Source: Clostridiales bacterium (GTDB lineage: Bacteria > Bacillota > Clostridia > Oscillospirales > QAMX01). From it: a stretch of 48,814 nucleotides of DNA. Where the stretch lies: assembly GCA_012800055.1 (NCBI GenBank), contig JAAZKA010000013.1, forward strand, positions 1 to 48,814. Reading direction: 5' to 3'. Below are positions 26,450 through 35,901 of this stretch, piece by piece. Made by a program: the position numbers and the translations under genes. The notes below the pieces were generated by a model. The model was not told where the DNA came from. It worked only from the letters and a program-made list of their open reading frames with translations, and ran no database searches. Every line of letters begins with the position of its first letter. Positions within the stretch are counted from its first letter, which is position 1.

Positions 26450-27584
26450 AGATAAAGTCCGGATGTTTGTGCAGGAATCGCGAGAGCGCGTCCGGCGCGG
26501 CATCGACGGTGCCCTGAGTCAATACGGCAGAGCCGCCGCCGCGTCCGTGGAAGGCTGCAGTCAATGCCTTGGTCAGCACGCGGACATCGCCGGAAGCCCG
26601 TCCGATACAGAAGCGGCCGTCGGAGAAGACCGCAACGGTGTTCTCACGCCGTTCGGTCAAGGTCAGCGTGAAGTGGCGCAGCTCATCGGGCGTCATGCCG
26701 TCCTCGAACAACAGCAGCGCGCCGGGTGTCGCGTCAAGCAGCGTCGCTTTCAGGTCGACAAGCGTTTTCCGAAGCTGCGTACGCTCAGCTTTCAGAGCGT
26801 CACGATCTGCGAGCAGCCGCGCTACGCCGTCGGCGGTCTCGTACGGTTTCGCGGAGACGAGACGTCCGACCGCGCGGTTGGTCTCCCCTACCCGTCTGGC
26901 GTCGAGCAGCGCCTGATATCCGGCAGCAATTGTCACACGCGTGCCGCCTTTATACCGCATCACATCGAGTATCCGCACGCTGCCGATCTCGCCGGTGTAC
27001 GCCATATGCAGCCCGCAGCACGCGCAGACGTCCACACCCGGCACTGTCACGAGCCGCGTACGTCCCTGGAAGGTCTTTTTGGCACGGAATACGATCCCCT
27101 CCGGCGGCTGCTCATACCACCGCGTATCCACAGGCAGGTTCGTCATCACCGCGTCGTTGGCTTCATCCTCCGCTCGCGTGAGAGTCTTCGCATCCAGCGG
27201 CAGGCTCCAGTCAAACGTCACGCACTGCTCGTTCATATGAAAGCCGACATTATCGCCGCCGGTGATCCGGTGCAGGACGCCCGACATCAGATGCTCACCC
27301 GTATGCGCCCGCATGAACGCAAGCCGGTACGGAAGGTCGACCGCGCCGGTGTACGTCTCCCCGATGGTCAGCGGTTCGGGCAGCAGAAGATCGCCGGTGC
27401 GTTCGTCGATATCCGTGACCTCCACGCCGCCGAAGCTTCCACGGTCACGCGGTTCACCGCCGCCGCCCGGATAGAACGCAGTACGGTCGAGGATTACGCG
27501 GTACTGCTTGCCGTCCGGGACGCACGAGAGAACCCGTGCCTGAAATTCGGACAGGCGCTGGTTGTCATAATACAGCAAGGTCAT
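26448..27584 (-). CDS. alaX: Alanyl-tRNA editing protein, AlaX-L type (AlaRS editing domain + DHHA1-like C-terminus)
   Basis: Motifs are DRTAFYPGGGGE, HTGEHLMSG (HxxxH), CACCGLH (CxxxH) and a C-terminal GRGGGS. I set the start to ATG 27584, which forms an ATGA overlap with the upstream stop (ORF-track start 27620). Confidence 0.85.
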   Translation of the reverse strand: MTLLYYDNQRLSEFQARVLSCVPDGKQYRVILDRTAFYPGGGGEPRDRGSFGGVEVTDIDERTGDLLLPEPLTIGETYTGAVDLPYRLAFMRAHTGEHLMSGVLHRITGGDNVGFHMNEQCVTFDWSLPLDAKTLTRAEDEANDAVMTNLPVDTRWYEQPPEGIVFRAKKTFQGRTRLVTVPGVDVCACCGLHMAYTGEIGSVRILDVMRYKGGTRVTIAAGYQALLDARRVGETNRAVGRLVSAKPYETADGVARLLADRDALKAERTQLRKTLVDLKATLLDATPGALLLFEDGMTPDELRHFTLTLTERRENTVAVFSDGRFCIGRASGDVRVLTKALTAAFHGRGGGSAVLTQGTVDAAPDALSRFLHKHPDFI

Positions 27585-28366
27585 ACCAATGCGATCCACT
27601 GGCACGCGAGCTTCATCCACGACGCGACATGCGGGTCACCCAGGGCGAGTCCCAGACCGTGGCCGCCCTTGGGGTAGATGTGCAGCTCGAAGGGAATCTT
27701 ATGCGCGCGCAGGGCATCCGCCAGACGCAGACTGTTCTCGACCGGGACACCGCCGTCCGCGAAGGTGTGCCACAGGAACGCCGGGCAGGTGTCGTTGTCC
27801 ACACGTTTCTCGAGCGAAAACTTTGCGTAGGTCTCCTCCGGCAGATTCTGACCCAACAGGTTATAAAACGATCCCTTGTGCGCCAGATCGCCCCAGATCA
27901 GCACCGGGTAGCCGAGGATCATCCCATCCGGGCGCAGCAGCTTCGCGTCGACGCCGAGGGTCTCACTGAGCACCGGCTCCTTCCACAGGATGCCGGACGA
28001 TGCGGTGAGGTGACCGCCCGCAGAGAAGCCGCAGACGAAGACCTTGCCGATGCCGTACTCGTCGGCGTGCTCACGTGCCCAGAGGATGCTCGCCGTGACC
28101 TGAAAAAGCGCGGTCGGGTAACGGTCAGGCGCGCAGGAGTAGTTGAGCGTCATCGCGTGATAACCCGCCGCGAGGTATTGGAAGCTGATCGGGTCGCCCT
28201 CATGAGGCGCGCAGCAGGAGTAACCGCCGCCCGGCATCGTCAGCACCAGCGGTACCTTCAAACCCGGCTGCAGGTCATCGCGGAGATAGCACTGCAGATT
28301 CGCAGGATAAGTATGCGCAGGCAGACGCGGGTTCAGCTCTTCCATGGACATCTTTAGATAGTGCAT
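27581..28366 (-). CDS. Alpha/beta-hydrolase esterase (paralog A)
   Basis: Nucleophile elbow GFSAGGHL, oxyanion-region PGGGY, and a C-terminal H in GGHGLG. AAGAGG lies upstream of ATG 28366. Confidence 0.85.
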   Translation of the reverse strand: MHYLKMSMEELNPRLPAHTYPANLQCYLRDDLQPGLKVPLVLTMPGGGYSCCAPHEGDPISFQYLAAGYHAMTLNYSCAPDRYPTALFQVTASILWAREHADEYGIGKVFVCGFSAGGHLTASSGILWKEPVLSETLGVDAKLLRPDGMILGYPVLIWGDLAHKGSFYNLLGQNLPEETYAKFSLEKRVDNDTCPAFLWHTFADGGVPVENSLRLADALRAHKIPFELHIYPKGGHGLGLALGDPHVASWMKLACQWIALV

Positions 28367-28381
28367 TGAATCGTACCTCTT

Positions 28382-29233
28382 TTATTCAAAATGGCTTTGC
28401 AGGCGTACCCATTCGACCGCGAGCTTCATCCATTCGCTGACATGCGGGTTGATGAGCGTCTCCGATCCGACGAGCGACGACTGCGTATTTGCGACGGAAA
28501 GACCGTGCGGGCCGTCGGGAAAGATATGCAGCTCGAAGGGAATCATATGTGCGCGCAGAGCAGAAGCAAGCATCAGCGTATTCTCCAGTGGTACCGCGTC
28601 GTCGGAGAAGGTATGCCACAGGAACGCAGGCGGCGTTGTATCGTCCACGCGTGTCTGAAGCGAGAGCTTTTCGTAGACCTGCGGCGGCTGATTCTTACCG
28701 AGCAGGTTGTGGAAGCTGCCGGGATTGGCAAAGGTACCGAAGGTAATGACGGGATACCCGAGGATCATCCCGTCCGGGCGGCACATTTTCGCGTCGACGC
28801 CCAGCGTCTCGGAGATTACCGGTTCCTTCCACAGGATGCCGGTTGATGCGGCGAGGTGTCCGCCCGCCGAGAAACCGCAGACATAGATATTTTCTGGGTC
28901 GGCGAGCAGCTCATCGGCATGCTGACGTACCCATGCGACGACTGCTGCCGCCTGAAGAAGCTGCACCGGGTAGCGGTCAGGCGTACAGGAGTAGTAGACG
29001 GTGAGTGCCTGGAACCCGGCGGCGGAGAACTGCAGGCTCACCGGGTCGCTTTCACGCTCGGACAGATGCGCATAGCCGCCGCCCGGAAAGTTGATCACAA
29101 CCGGTCGCCGCATGTCTATTCCGGTCCCGATGCGCGCGGAGTTTTCCCGCAGCAGCACCTGTACGTGTGCCGGGTTGACTGTCTGAGGAAGGTTCGGGTG
29201 GATCTCGTGCAGATTATAATCATAGAGCTTCAT
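28382..29233 (-). CDS. Alpha/beta-hydrolase esterase (paralog B)
   Basis: It aligns by eye with paralog A along most of its length (GFSAGGHLAASTGILWKEPVISETLGVDAK...). The AAGGAG RBS overlaps the TAA stop of the upstream gene. Confidence 0.85.
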   Translation of the reverse strand: MKLYDYNLHEIHPNLPQTVNPAHVQVLLRENSARIGTGIDMRRPVVINFPGGGYAHLSERESDPVSLQFSAAGFQALTVYYSCTPDRYPVQLLQAAAVVAWVRQHADELLADPENIYVCGFSAGGHLAASTGILWKEPVISETLGVDAKMCRPDGMILGYPVITFGTFANPGSFHNLLGKNQPPQVYEKLSLQTRVDDTTPPAFLWHTFSDDAVPLENTLMLASALRAHMIPFELHIFPDGPHGLSVANTQSSLVGSETLINPHVSEWMKLAVEWVRLQSHFE

Positions 29234-29247
29234 ACGTCAATATCTCC

Positions 29248-30333
29248 TTATACCCGCGCCTCAAGGAACGCCATCTGCCGCAGCCAGTCCTCACGGCCAT
29301 AATAGTGGAGACCTTTACGGACATGGTAACCGATGGTGCCGTCATGAAACTCCGCCGGAGCTGTGGGCATTGTTTCGCACACGGGCAGCACACCGGGCAG
29401 TCCCAGAAGCTCATATGCCGCGCTGCCCGCGGCTGCAGACAGGTACTCGCTCGCCGGGTCCGCCCAGAGGTCTTCCTCAGCGCTTGCAATGTAACAGTAT
29501 CGCGGCGCGACACATGCGACGATAAAGTGATGGTCAAACGGCAGAAGCTCCGCGTGGCCGGAGTAGTCCTTATAACGCGGGCAGAACCAGAACGGGAATA
29601 CCTCCGTGATGCGTTCGGTTCGCTCGCCGACCTTGCCGCGCTCGATCGCCGCGCCGCCGCAGCCGGAGTCATTGGAGATGCCGCAGAAGAAGCGTTCATC
29701 CTGCGCCGCGCACCACAGCGCCGTCTTTCCGAGCCTTGAGTGACCCGTCACGGTGACCTTCTTCGCGTCGATGCCGTCGATGGTCTCGAGCCAGTCAAGC
29801 ACGCGGGATGCCGCGTATGCCCACATGCCGAGCTTGCCCCACTCATGCGGACGGCGTTTTCGGTCGCCGACGTACAAACCGCCCAAGCCGTTGGTAAAGT
29901 CGCCGTCGTCTGTCGCGACGGTGTTGTAGTCAAACATGGCGAATGCGAAGCCGTGGTCGGTGATCTCCTCAATGGGCGAATAGCGGTCGGGGAAGTCGGG
30001 CCGAAAGCAGATGTGCAGGAAGACCGGCGCGTTGGGGTTTGCCTTCGGACGGAAGAGCTGAACCGGGAAGGTGTGGTCGCCATAAGGTGTGTGAAGCGTC
30101 AGGTCAACGGTGTCATGCCGCACTTTCCCGGCGCAGTAGCGCTCATCGGTTTGGATGATCTTTCCTTCCACCGGGCACGGCGCGGGTGTGACGCCGTACA
30201 GCTCCTGCTGCAGGATGTCTAAAAGTTCCGCACGCCGCGCGGGCCAGTTGTCACGGGTGACCGGGGTCCCGTCGCGCATGATCAGCAGTTCCGGAAGTTC
30301 GCGCTCACAGAGCAGTTCGGGGATCGTTTTCAT
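29248..30333 (-). CDS. CE15-like (glucuronoyl-esterase-type) alpha/beta hydrolase, no signal peptide
   Basis: GHSRLGKTALW matches the G-x-S-R-x-G nucleophile motif of carbohydrate esterase family 15, from memory. ATG 30333 overlaps the upstream stop (ATGA). Confidence 0.7.
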   Translation of the reverse strand: MKTIPELLCERELPELLIMRDGTPVTRDNWPARRAELLDILQQELYGVTPAPCPVEGKIIQTDERYCAGKVRHDTVDLTLHTPYGDHTFPVQLFRPKANPNAPVFLHICFRPDFPDRYSPIEEITDHGFAFAMFDYNTVATDDGDFTNGLGGLYVGDRKRRPHEWGKLGMWAYAASRVLDWLETIDGIDAKKVTVTGHSRLGKTALWCAAQDERFFCGISNDSGCGGAAIERGKVGERTERITEVFPFWFCPRYKDYSGHAELLPFDHHFIVACVAPRYCYIASAEEDLWADPASEYLSAAAGSAAYELLGLPGVLPVCETMPTAPAEFHDGTIGYHVRKGLHYYGREDWLRQMAFLEARV

Positions 30334-31646
30334 GAGATGACCTCCTTAAAACATTCCGCGATGTCCTCAACGGTATACGCGTCAACAAGCTGACTGCGCC
30401 GTCCGTCGAAGACCGCGAGATAGTAGTTGCCGTCATAGATGTGGTAGGAAAGCGTCATGGTCTGATGATGTGTGGTATTGCGCTCGAAAACAAAGGTCAT
30501 GTACACGTCGCCGAGTGTTGTGTCGGGCGCGGATGTGGTCGACAGCACCGCCGTCAGTTCCCTATACCACGAGATAAACTTCGCTTCCTTCAGCGCTTCT
30601 CCCTCGAAGGTGTACGTTTCACCGCCGACTGTCGCGGTGAATATTGTGACCGTTGCGAGGTCGATGCCGCAGACCTGTCTGGGCAGCAGATCGGATGGCG
30701 CCGTATAGCCGATGCTGCGCGTGATTGCGGCATTGGCCAGGAGCACCAGGTCGGAATCGTCGAAACGGACGTAGGCGTAACCGTCGTCTGTCTCATTCCC
30801 TACGGAGAGCACGGTTGTCTGCTCGCCTTCCCCGAGGTCGTAGACGACCGTAGCGCTCAGGAACGGCACGTCGAGCCCATATACGGAGAGGTCTTGCGGC
30901 TTATACGCCGCGCAGCCATAGATGTACAGCCCCGTCACGTCGTAGAACAGCGCGTGGGCTTTTCGGGTATCGGCAGCGGTCAGCTCATCGTAAGGATAGC
31001 CGATGAACCAGTCGAAGATATTCTCATACGCCGTGTCGGAGCCGTCCGCGCGGTAAAACAGCTCGAGCATGAGGTTCCCACGCTGAACCGTCAGGCTGAC
31101 CAACTCCGAGGGCAGCAGGTCGGGCATTGCGTCGTACTGCAGCAGATCAAGAAAGCCATAGTCGAAGACGTCGCGGTACTCCGGCAAGACGGTGTAAAGT
31201 TGGTCGGCATACGCGTAGACATTGCCGCCGGAGGTCTCATTCCCGAAGGCGATATGGATGCTTTCCCCCGCTGCGGTTTTTGCGGTGACGGACAGTGTGG
31301 GTGTTTCAAGACCGTACTCGGTCAAGTTCTCGGGCGTCCCGATGACGCGTACCGCAGGGAAAGAGCGCAGCAGCTTCATCATTGCCGATACGCGCGTTTG
31401 GTTGACCGGAGTCTCCGCATTGCCGTCCATGACCCAGACATCATCCGCGAACGTCAGCGATGTGGTTTCGCCGCTGCGCACGAGTGTCAGCGAGGAAACA
31501 TCTCCGGTGAGTGTGCAGACGGTCGCTTTTTCAGGCGCGGCTTCGGTCTGCGCCGGGCGATCGCATATCAGCGCGATAGCCGCTGCTATGGACAGTACGG
31601 CGAAGACCACTGTGTAGACAATCAGAGTTTTCGAACGTTTCATCAT
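30330..31646 (-). CDS. DUF4340-like membrane-anchored protein
   Basis: I trimmed the ORF-track start 31835 to ATG 31646, which has GGGAGGA upstream and an ATGA overlap with the upstream stop. It has a single N-terminal TM helix (LIVYTVVFAVLSIAAAIALI). Its position directly after a GldG-like gene is the usual DUF4340 context. Confidence 0.7.
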   Translation of the reverse strand: MMKRSKTLIVYTVVFAVLSIAAAIALICDRPAQTEAAPEKATVCTLTGDVSSLTLVRSGETTSLTFADDVWVMDGNAETPVNQTRVSAMMKLLRSFPAVRVIGTPENLTEYGLETPTLSVTAKTAAGESIHIAFGNETSGGNVYAYADQLYTVLPEYRDVFDYGFLDLLQYDAMPDLLPSELVSLTVQRGNLMLELFYRADGSDTAYENIFDWFIGYPYDELTAADTRKAHALFYDVTGLYIYGCAAYKPQDLSVYGLDVPFLSATVVYDLGEGEQTTVLSVGNETDDGYAYVRFDDSDLVLLANAAITRSIGYTAPSDLLPRQVCGIDLATVTIFTATVGGETYTFEGEALKEAKFISWYRELTAVLSTTSAPDTTLGDVYMTFVFERNTTHHQTMTLSYHIYDGNYYLAVFDGRRSQLVDAYTVEDIAECFKEVIS

Positions 31647-33880
31647 TTCCTCCCGCGCTTCTTCCGCGAACCGATCTGCCGCTTTCCCCAGATCCACAGC
31701 CCCGCGACCAATATGCCGCCCGGGACGAGTCCGATGCAGACTGTATTCCATATCCATGTCTGCCGCTCGGTCATGACAATGGTCCTTGTGGCAAGCGACT
31801 TCGCAGGGATGCTCAGCCCCTTCTCCTGACTGCACAGCCAGCGGATGGTATTGGTGAACAGCGCGGCGTTTGCGCCGGACACCAGTTGGTCAGTCGCATC
31901 GTCGAGCAAATAGCCGGTGCCGTACCAGACGAGCCGTGCGCCGGTATTGCTGTTCTCCACAGCCAGTCCCAGATTAAACACACCGCTTTCGTCACCCGGC
32001 ATCTGTTCGGTCGTCTCCATCTCCAATACATCCTTGCTGTATGCACTTTCGGAGGTGTACAGCAGCGCCGTGACGGTCAGGTACTGCGGCAGATCGGCAA
32101 CGGTCGTCAGACCGTGAACCAGCGGCGTCAGCGTGAGGAATCCCTCCTGTGTAATCGGCGTTGTGATCTCATGCTTGCCCAGCTCAGGAAGCAGATAGAA
32201 CGGAGAGCCGGAGAGGTAGTAGTCCGCGTTGCCGTCGAGTACGACACCGTCAATTGCCCGGACGCCGTAAGCTTTCGTCAGTGTGTCGAGGTTCGGCGAC
32301 GAGAAGACGTTGACGTCGGTGTATAAAAGCAGCCGCCCGCCGGATGTCAGATACGACGCGAGTTTCTCACACTCCGCCTGCGACAGGTCCGCAGTCGGAG
32401 ACGCGATCAGGACTCCTGCCGCGTCCGACGGCACCGCGTCAGAGGTCAGCAGGTTCAACGGACGTGTCAGCAGACCTTCACCCTTGACACTTTTGACACG
32501 CGCATCGGAGAGGGTCAGCTCACCGTGACCGGTCAGCGTGTAGAGGATCGGAAGACTGTCGGCGGTGACATAGCGGATGGCGTTGAGGATCTCCGATTCG
32601 CCGTCAAAGATCGCGCGGCCGGTTTCATCGTAGACATAAATCACCGAGAAGTCCACGGTTGTTGTACGCTGTGCCCCGACGACAATCAGGCTATTTGCGG
32701 AGAGTTCAAGCGTCGTATACTGCGAGGAAAAGTACGGATAGAGCACAGGGTCGCGCGTCTCAATATGCAGCCGTGAGGTACGCGCGGCACACTGGGAGAG
32801 AATCTCGGACAGGCCCTCATCCTCAGAACCGGTTTCGGCAAGCAGGTAGACGGTGACGTCGGAGTCGAGCGCGTCGAGCAGCCGTACGGAGGTATCCGAC
32901 AGTGTGAAGACCTGCTCTGAGGTGGTGTCGAACCGCGTTACGCTTGCCGGAAGCGCAGAACAGAGCAGATTCCCCGCTGCGACACATCCGATGGCAAGCA
33001 GCGTCAGAACAAGCTGGAAGCCGCCGGGACGCCGCTCAAACCGCAGTGTTGTGAAGAATACGAACAGGAAGCACACGCTCAACAGATACACGACCGCGCT
33101 GAGATCGAACACACCGTAGACGAACGTATCCAGACGGCTGAACGGCGAAAGTGCGCCCAGGATTACCTGGACCGTCCCGTCAAGCAGTGAAACGTCGAGC
33201 AGACACACCGCAATCAGCGGCAGCTCCAGACAGCCGCCCACGATCACCGACAGCCAGATGTTCTTTGTGAACAGTCGCAGCAGGACGATCAGCGTGACAA
33301 TGAGGAAGGTGAGGATGACGAAAGCAGCCAGTCCTGACGCGGACAGGTAACCCGCGAGACTGGGAAGAAAATAGGACAGCAACAGTGTCCCGAAGCAGAT
33401 CACTGCCGCGATGAGCTGATGTTCGGTGAGCGACGAGAGGAACATGCCGAATGCCAGCAGTGCACAGCCAAGCAGGAAGAACGCAAAGATCGAACTGTAC
33501 GCCGTCGCGAGGTCGGGTGTACCGTAAAAAGTCAGCAGAAGCGGATAGCTGCACATCAGCGTGACCGGGACACCCCAGACCGTGACGAGCGCGAAGTACT
33601 TACCCAGTACGACATCCACGGGCCGGAGCGGGAGCGCGTGCAGCAGGCGGTCGGTACCGGTGCGCGTTTCCTCCGCGAAGGTGCGCATTGTCAGCAGCGG
33701 GACGAGGAACAGGAAGATATAACTGAGGTTGCCGATGCAGTATTCAAAGCTCGCGTAGCCGCCCGAAAAGTGCAGAACCGACGCGTAGATACCGACGATC
33801 AGCAGCGTGAAAAATGTGAAGAGCGCGCCGGTCAGGGATGTAAACATCGCGCGCAGCTCCCGCCGGTAGACCGCGCTCAT
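31643..33880 (-). CDS. Fused ABC-2-type permease / GldG-like auxiliary protein (745 aa)
   Basis: The N-terminal ~290 aa hold about 6 hydrophobic helices (ABC-2 permease). A large soluble domain and a C-terminal TM anchor (WIWNTVCIGLVPGGILVAGLWIW) follow, as in GldG / 'ABC-type uncharacterized transport system' proteins. ATGA overlap with the ATPase gene. Confidence 0.75.
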   Translation of the reverse strand: MSAVYRRELRAMFTSLTGALFTFFTLLIVGIYASVLHFSGGYASFEYCIGNLSYIFLFLVPLLTMRTFAEETRTGTDRLLHALPLRPVDVVLGKYFALVTVWGVPVTLMCSYPLLLTFYGTPDLATAYSSIFAFFLLGCALLAFGMFLSSLTEHQLIAAVICFGTLLLSYFLPSLAGYLSASGLAAFVILTFLIVTLIVLLRLFTKNIWLSVIVGGCLELPLIAVCLLDVSLLDGTVQVILGALSPFSRLDTFVYGVFDLSAVVYLLSVCFLFVFFTTLRFERRPGGFQLVLTLLAIGCVAAGNLLCSALPASVTRFDTTSEQVFTLSDTSVRLLDALDSDVTVYLLAETGSEDEGLSEILSQCAARTSRLHIETRDPVLYPYFSSQYTTLELSANSLIVVGAQRTTTVDFSVIYVYDETGRAIFDGESEILNAIRYVTADSLPILYTLTGHGELTLSDARVKSVKGEGLLTRPLNLLTSDAVPSDAAGVLIASPTADLSQAECEKLASYLTSGGRLLLYTDVNVFSSPNLDTLTKAYGVRAIDGVVLDGNADYYLSGSPFYLLPELGKHEITTPITQEGFLTLTPLVHGLTTVADLPQYLTVTALLYTSESAYSKDVLEMETTEQMPGDESGVFNLGLAVENSNTGARLVWYGTGYLLDDATDQLVSGANAALFTNTIRWLCSQEKGLSIPAKSLATRTIVMTERQTWIWNTVCIGLVPGGILVAGLWIWGKRQIGSRKKRGRK

Positions 33881-34617
33881 ACGTCAACCTCCTCAACGTC
33901 GTCCGGCACATCGGTCAGTTTGAGAAAAGCGTCCTCCAGTGCCGCGCAGCCGGTGTTTTTCAGGATGCCTTCCGGCGTATCATCCGCGACGAGTTTCCCC
34001 TGCGCCAGTATGATGATCTGTCCGCACAGCAGTGTGATTTCCGACAGGATATGCGACGACAGCAGGATGGTTTTCGTACGCCCCAGTTCTGCTACAAGCG
34101 TACGCATCGCGGTGATCTGACGCGGGTCGAGACCGATGGTCGGCTCATCGAGGATGAGGATGTCCGGATCGCCGACGAGCGCCTGCGCAAGTCCCGCACG
34201 CTGGCGGTAGCCCTTCGACAGCGTCTTCAGAAGCCGTGTGCGCATCGGCTCCGTCTCGGTCAACCTCATCACACGCGCTGTTTCTGCCGGAATGTCTTTA
34301 CAACCCTTCGCTCGTGCGACAAACGTCAGGTATTCGTCGAGTGTCATATCCGGATAGAGCGGCGGATTTTCGGGTGCGTAGCCGATGCGCCGCTTTGCTT
34401 GCAGCGGGTCGGCGGACAGGTCGATGCCGTCGATGAAAATCTTCCCGGCGTCGGGGATGAGGCAGCCGGTCAGCAGGTTGAGCGTCGTGCTTTTTCCCGC
34501 GCCGTTTTGTCCCAAAAGTCCGCAGACCGTCCCGCGTGCGATGTGAAAACTCACGCCGTCGAGCGCCGGGCGATTGTAACGCCGGTAGGTTTTGGTTATG
34601 TTTTGTGTCGTGACCAA
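33877..34617 (-). CDS. ABC transporter ATP-binding protein
   Basis: Walker A GQNGAGKST, signature LSKGYRQR and Walker B ILILDEPT. TTG start 34617 with GGGAGGG 6 nt upstream. Confidence 0.9.
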   Translation of the reverse strand: MVTTQNITKTYRRYNRPALDGVSFHIARGTVCGLLGQNGAGKSTTLNLLTGCLIPDAGKIFIDGIDLSADPLQAKRRIGYAPENPPLYPDMTLDEYLTFVARAKGCKDIPAETARVMRLTETEPMRTRLLKTLSKGYRQRAGLAQALVGDPDILILDEPTIGLDPRQITAMRTLVAELGRTKTILLSSHILSEITLLCGQIIILAQGKLVADDTPEGILKNTGCAALEDAFLKLTDVPDDVEEVDV

Positions 34618-34726
34618 GAAGAGCCCTCCCAGGTTTCATAGCTACGTTAGGAACTTCAGCATACCACAGAAATCCTGAGAATGTACGCGAAAAGCGTGAG
34701 CATATTGAAAACCTTTCGAAAATTCG

Positions 34727-35887
34727 TCACACACGGTCCTGACCGTTCCACGATAACGGAAGCGGCAGCCATGCGTTGAGCTGCAGCGAGACATATGACG
34801 GCACCTTTGCAACGGTGTACGGCGGCTGCGGGCCGAACAGGAAGCGTGTCGACGCGAGCCGGTCAAGCGTCAGCTCAGGAGGCGCGTCCGTACGCTCGCA
34901 GAAGACACCTTTCCCGCTCACGGACATCCGGATAGCCCCGTAGCCTTCGATGCCCAGTGTAAACTCGCCGGTCGGCAGCGGCGCCATACGGTTTTTCAAT
35001 CTCAGGAACGCCTGCGTCAGCTCTGCCCAGCTCGTGATGCGGAAATGACTGGCAGTGCTGACTGAGTAGTTCTCACAGAACGCCGTCATCACCCGCAGCA
35101 CGTCGTCTTCCCACGGCGCAAGCGTGATGCTGAGCTCCTTCGTGCCGCGCTGCGTGATCCACGCCGCGCAGATATCCCGCAGACGCTCCGGCGTATCTGC
35201 GGCGCATTCGGCGAACGCGTTGCCTTCCTTCACGGCTGAGATGTAACCCACAAATGCATCCCCGTCGTATACGGCGTACGGCGTCGCTTCCCAGGCGCGC
35301 AGAGTCAGATCGAAGTCAAGGTCGCTCTCCCGTGTCGTGATGAACGAACGGCGGTTGTAGAGCGCGCGGATGTCGCGGTAGACCAAACTGCCGGGGGTGA
35401 TCTCAAGGAAAGTCAACGCCGGGACGTCCGTGCCATATTGGTCGTGGACATTGCGCGGCAGCATCCGGATGGAGATATTGGTACCCGAAATCTCAAAGCC
35501 GCGCCGTCCGTAGCGTGAACGGTATCCGCCGAGACGCGCCGCGTCCGCGCCGATGCGTACCAGTTCCCGTTCAGCTTCATCGAGCAGCGCCGTCATCATC
35601 CCGCTGCCGCGATCGTCCAGATGCGTCGCCACATTGCCGACCGTCGAGAACAGGAAGTTTTCGCCGCAGACTTTCATCGGCAGCGGGTACACGCCCAGCA
35701 TCGCCCGGATGCGTCCGTCACGCTTGATTGCCAGATGCCGCCCCATGTGCGCATCGTCCGGGAAGCACATCTTCGGAAGCGACCGCTCGAAGAAGTGCGG
35801 TTTGCTGTTCTGCGAAAAGACCATATTCAGAAAGTCCATTGCGTCGGCGAAGTCGCAGCCCCGCAGACGCTCTATCTCATATGTCAT
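34727..35887 (-). CDS. GNAT-family N-acetyltransferase, Eis-like (GNAT + SCP2-like C-terminus), paralog 2
   Basis: The true start is ATG 35887, with AAGGAG 10 nt upstream. The ORF-track version (to 36355) runs through the preceding gene. It aligns by eye with the upstream paralog, including the shared C-terminal WLPLPLSWNGQD tail. Confidence 0.8.
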   Translation of the reverse strand: MTYEIERLRGCDFADAMDFLNMVFSQNSKPHFFERSLPKMCFPDDAHMGRHLAIKRDGRIRAMLGVYPLPMKVCGENFLFSTVGNVATHLDDRGSGMMTALLDEAERELVRIGADAARLGGYRSRYGRRGFEISGTNISIRMLPRNVHDQYGTDVPALTFLEITPGSLVYRDIRALYNRRSFITTRESDLDFDLTLRAWEATPYAVYDGDAFVGYISAVKEGNAFAECAADTPERLRDICAAWITQRGTKELSITLAPWEDDVLRVMTAFCENYSVSTASHFRITSWAELTQAFLRLKNRMAPLPTGEFTLGIEGYGAIRMSVSGKGVFCERTDAPPELTLDRLASTRFLFGPQPPYTVAKVPSYVSLQLNAWLPLPLSWNGQDRV

Positions 35888-35901
35888 ACCAGAGACACTC
35901 C

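Noticed and set aside
26463-27677. 404-aa plus-strand ORF
   Set aside because: It is antisense to the alaX-like gene, which has clear HxxxH/CxxxH editing motifs. The plus-strand product is Arg/Ala/Pro-rich with no motifs.
30441-31829. 462-aa plus-strand ORF
   Set aside because: It is antisense to the DUF4340-like gene, which is translationally coupled to both neighbours. The composition is shadow-like.
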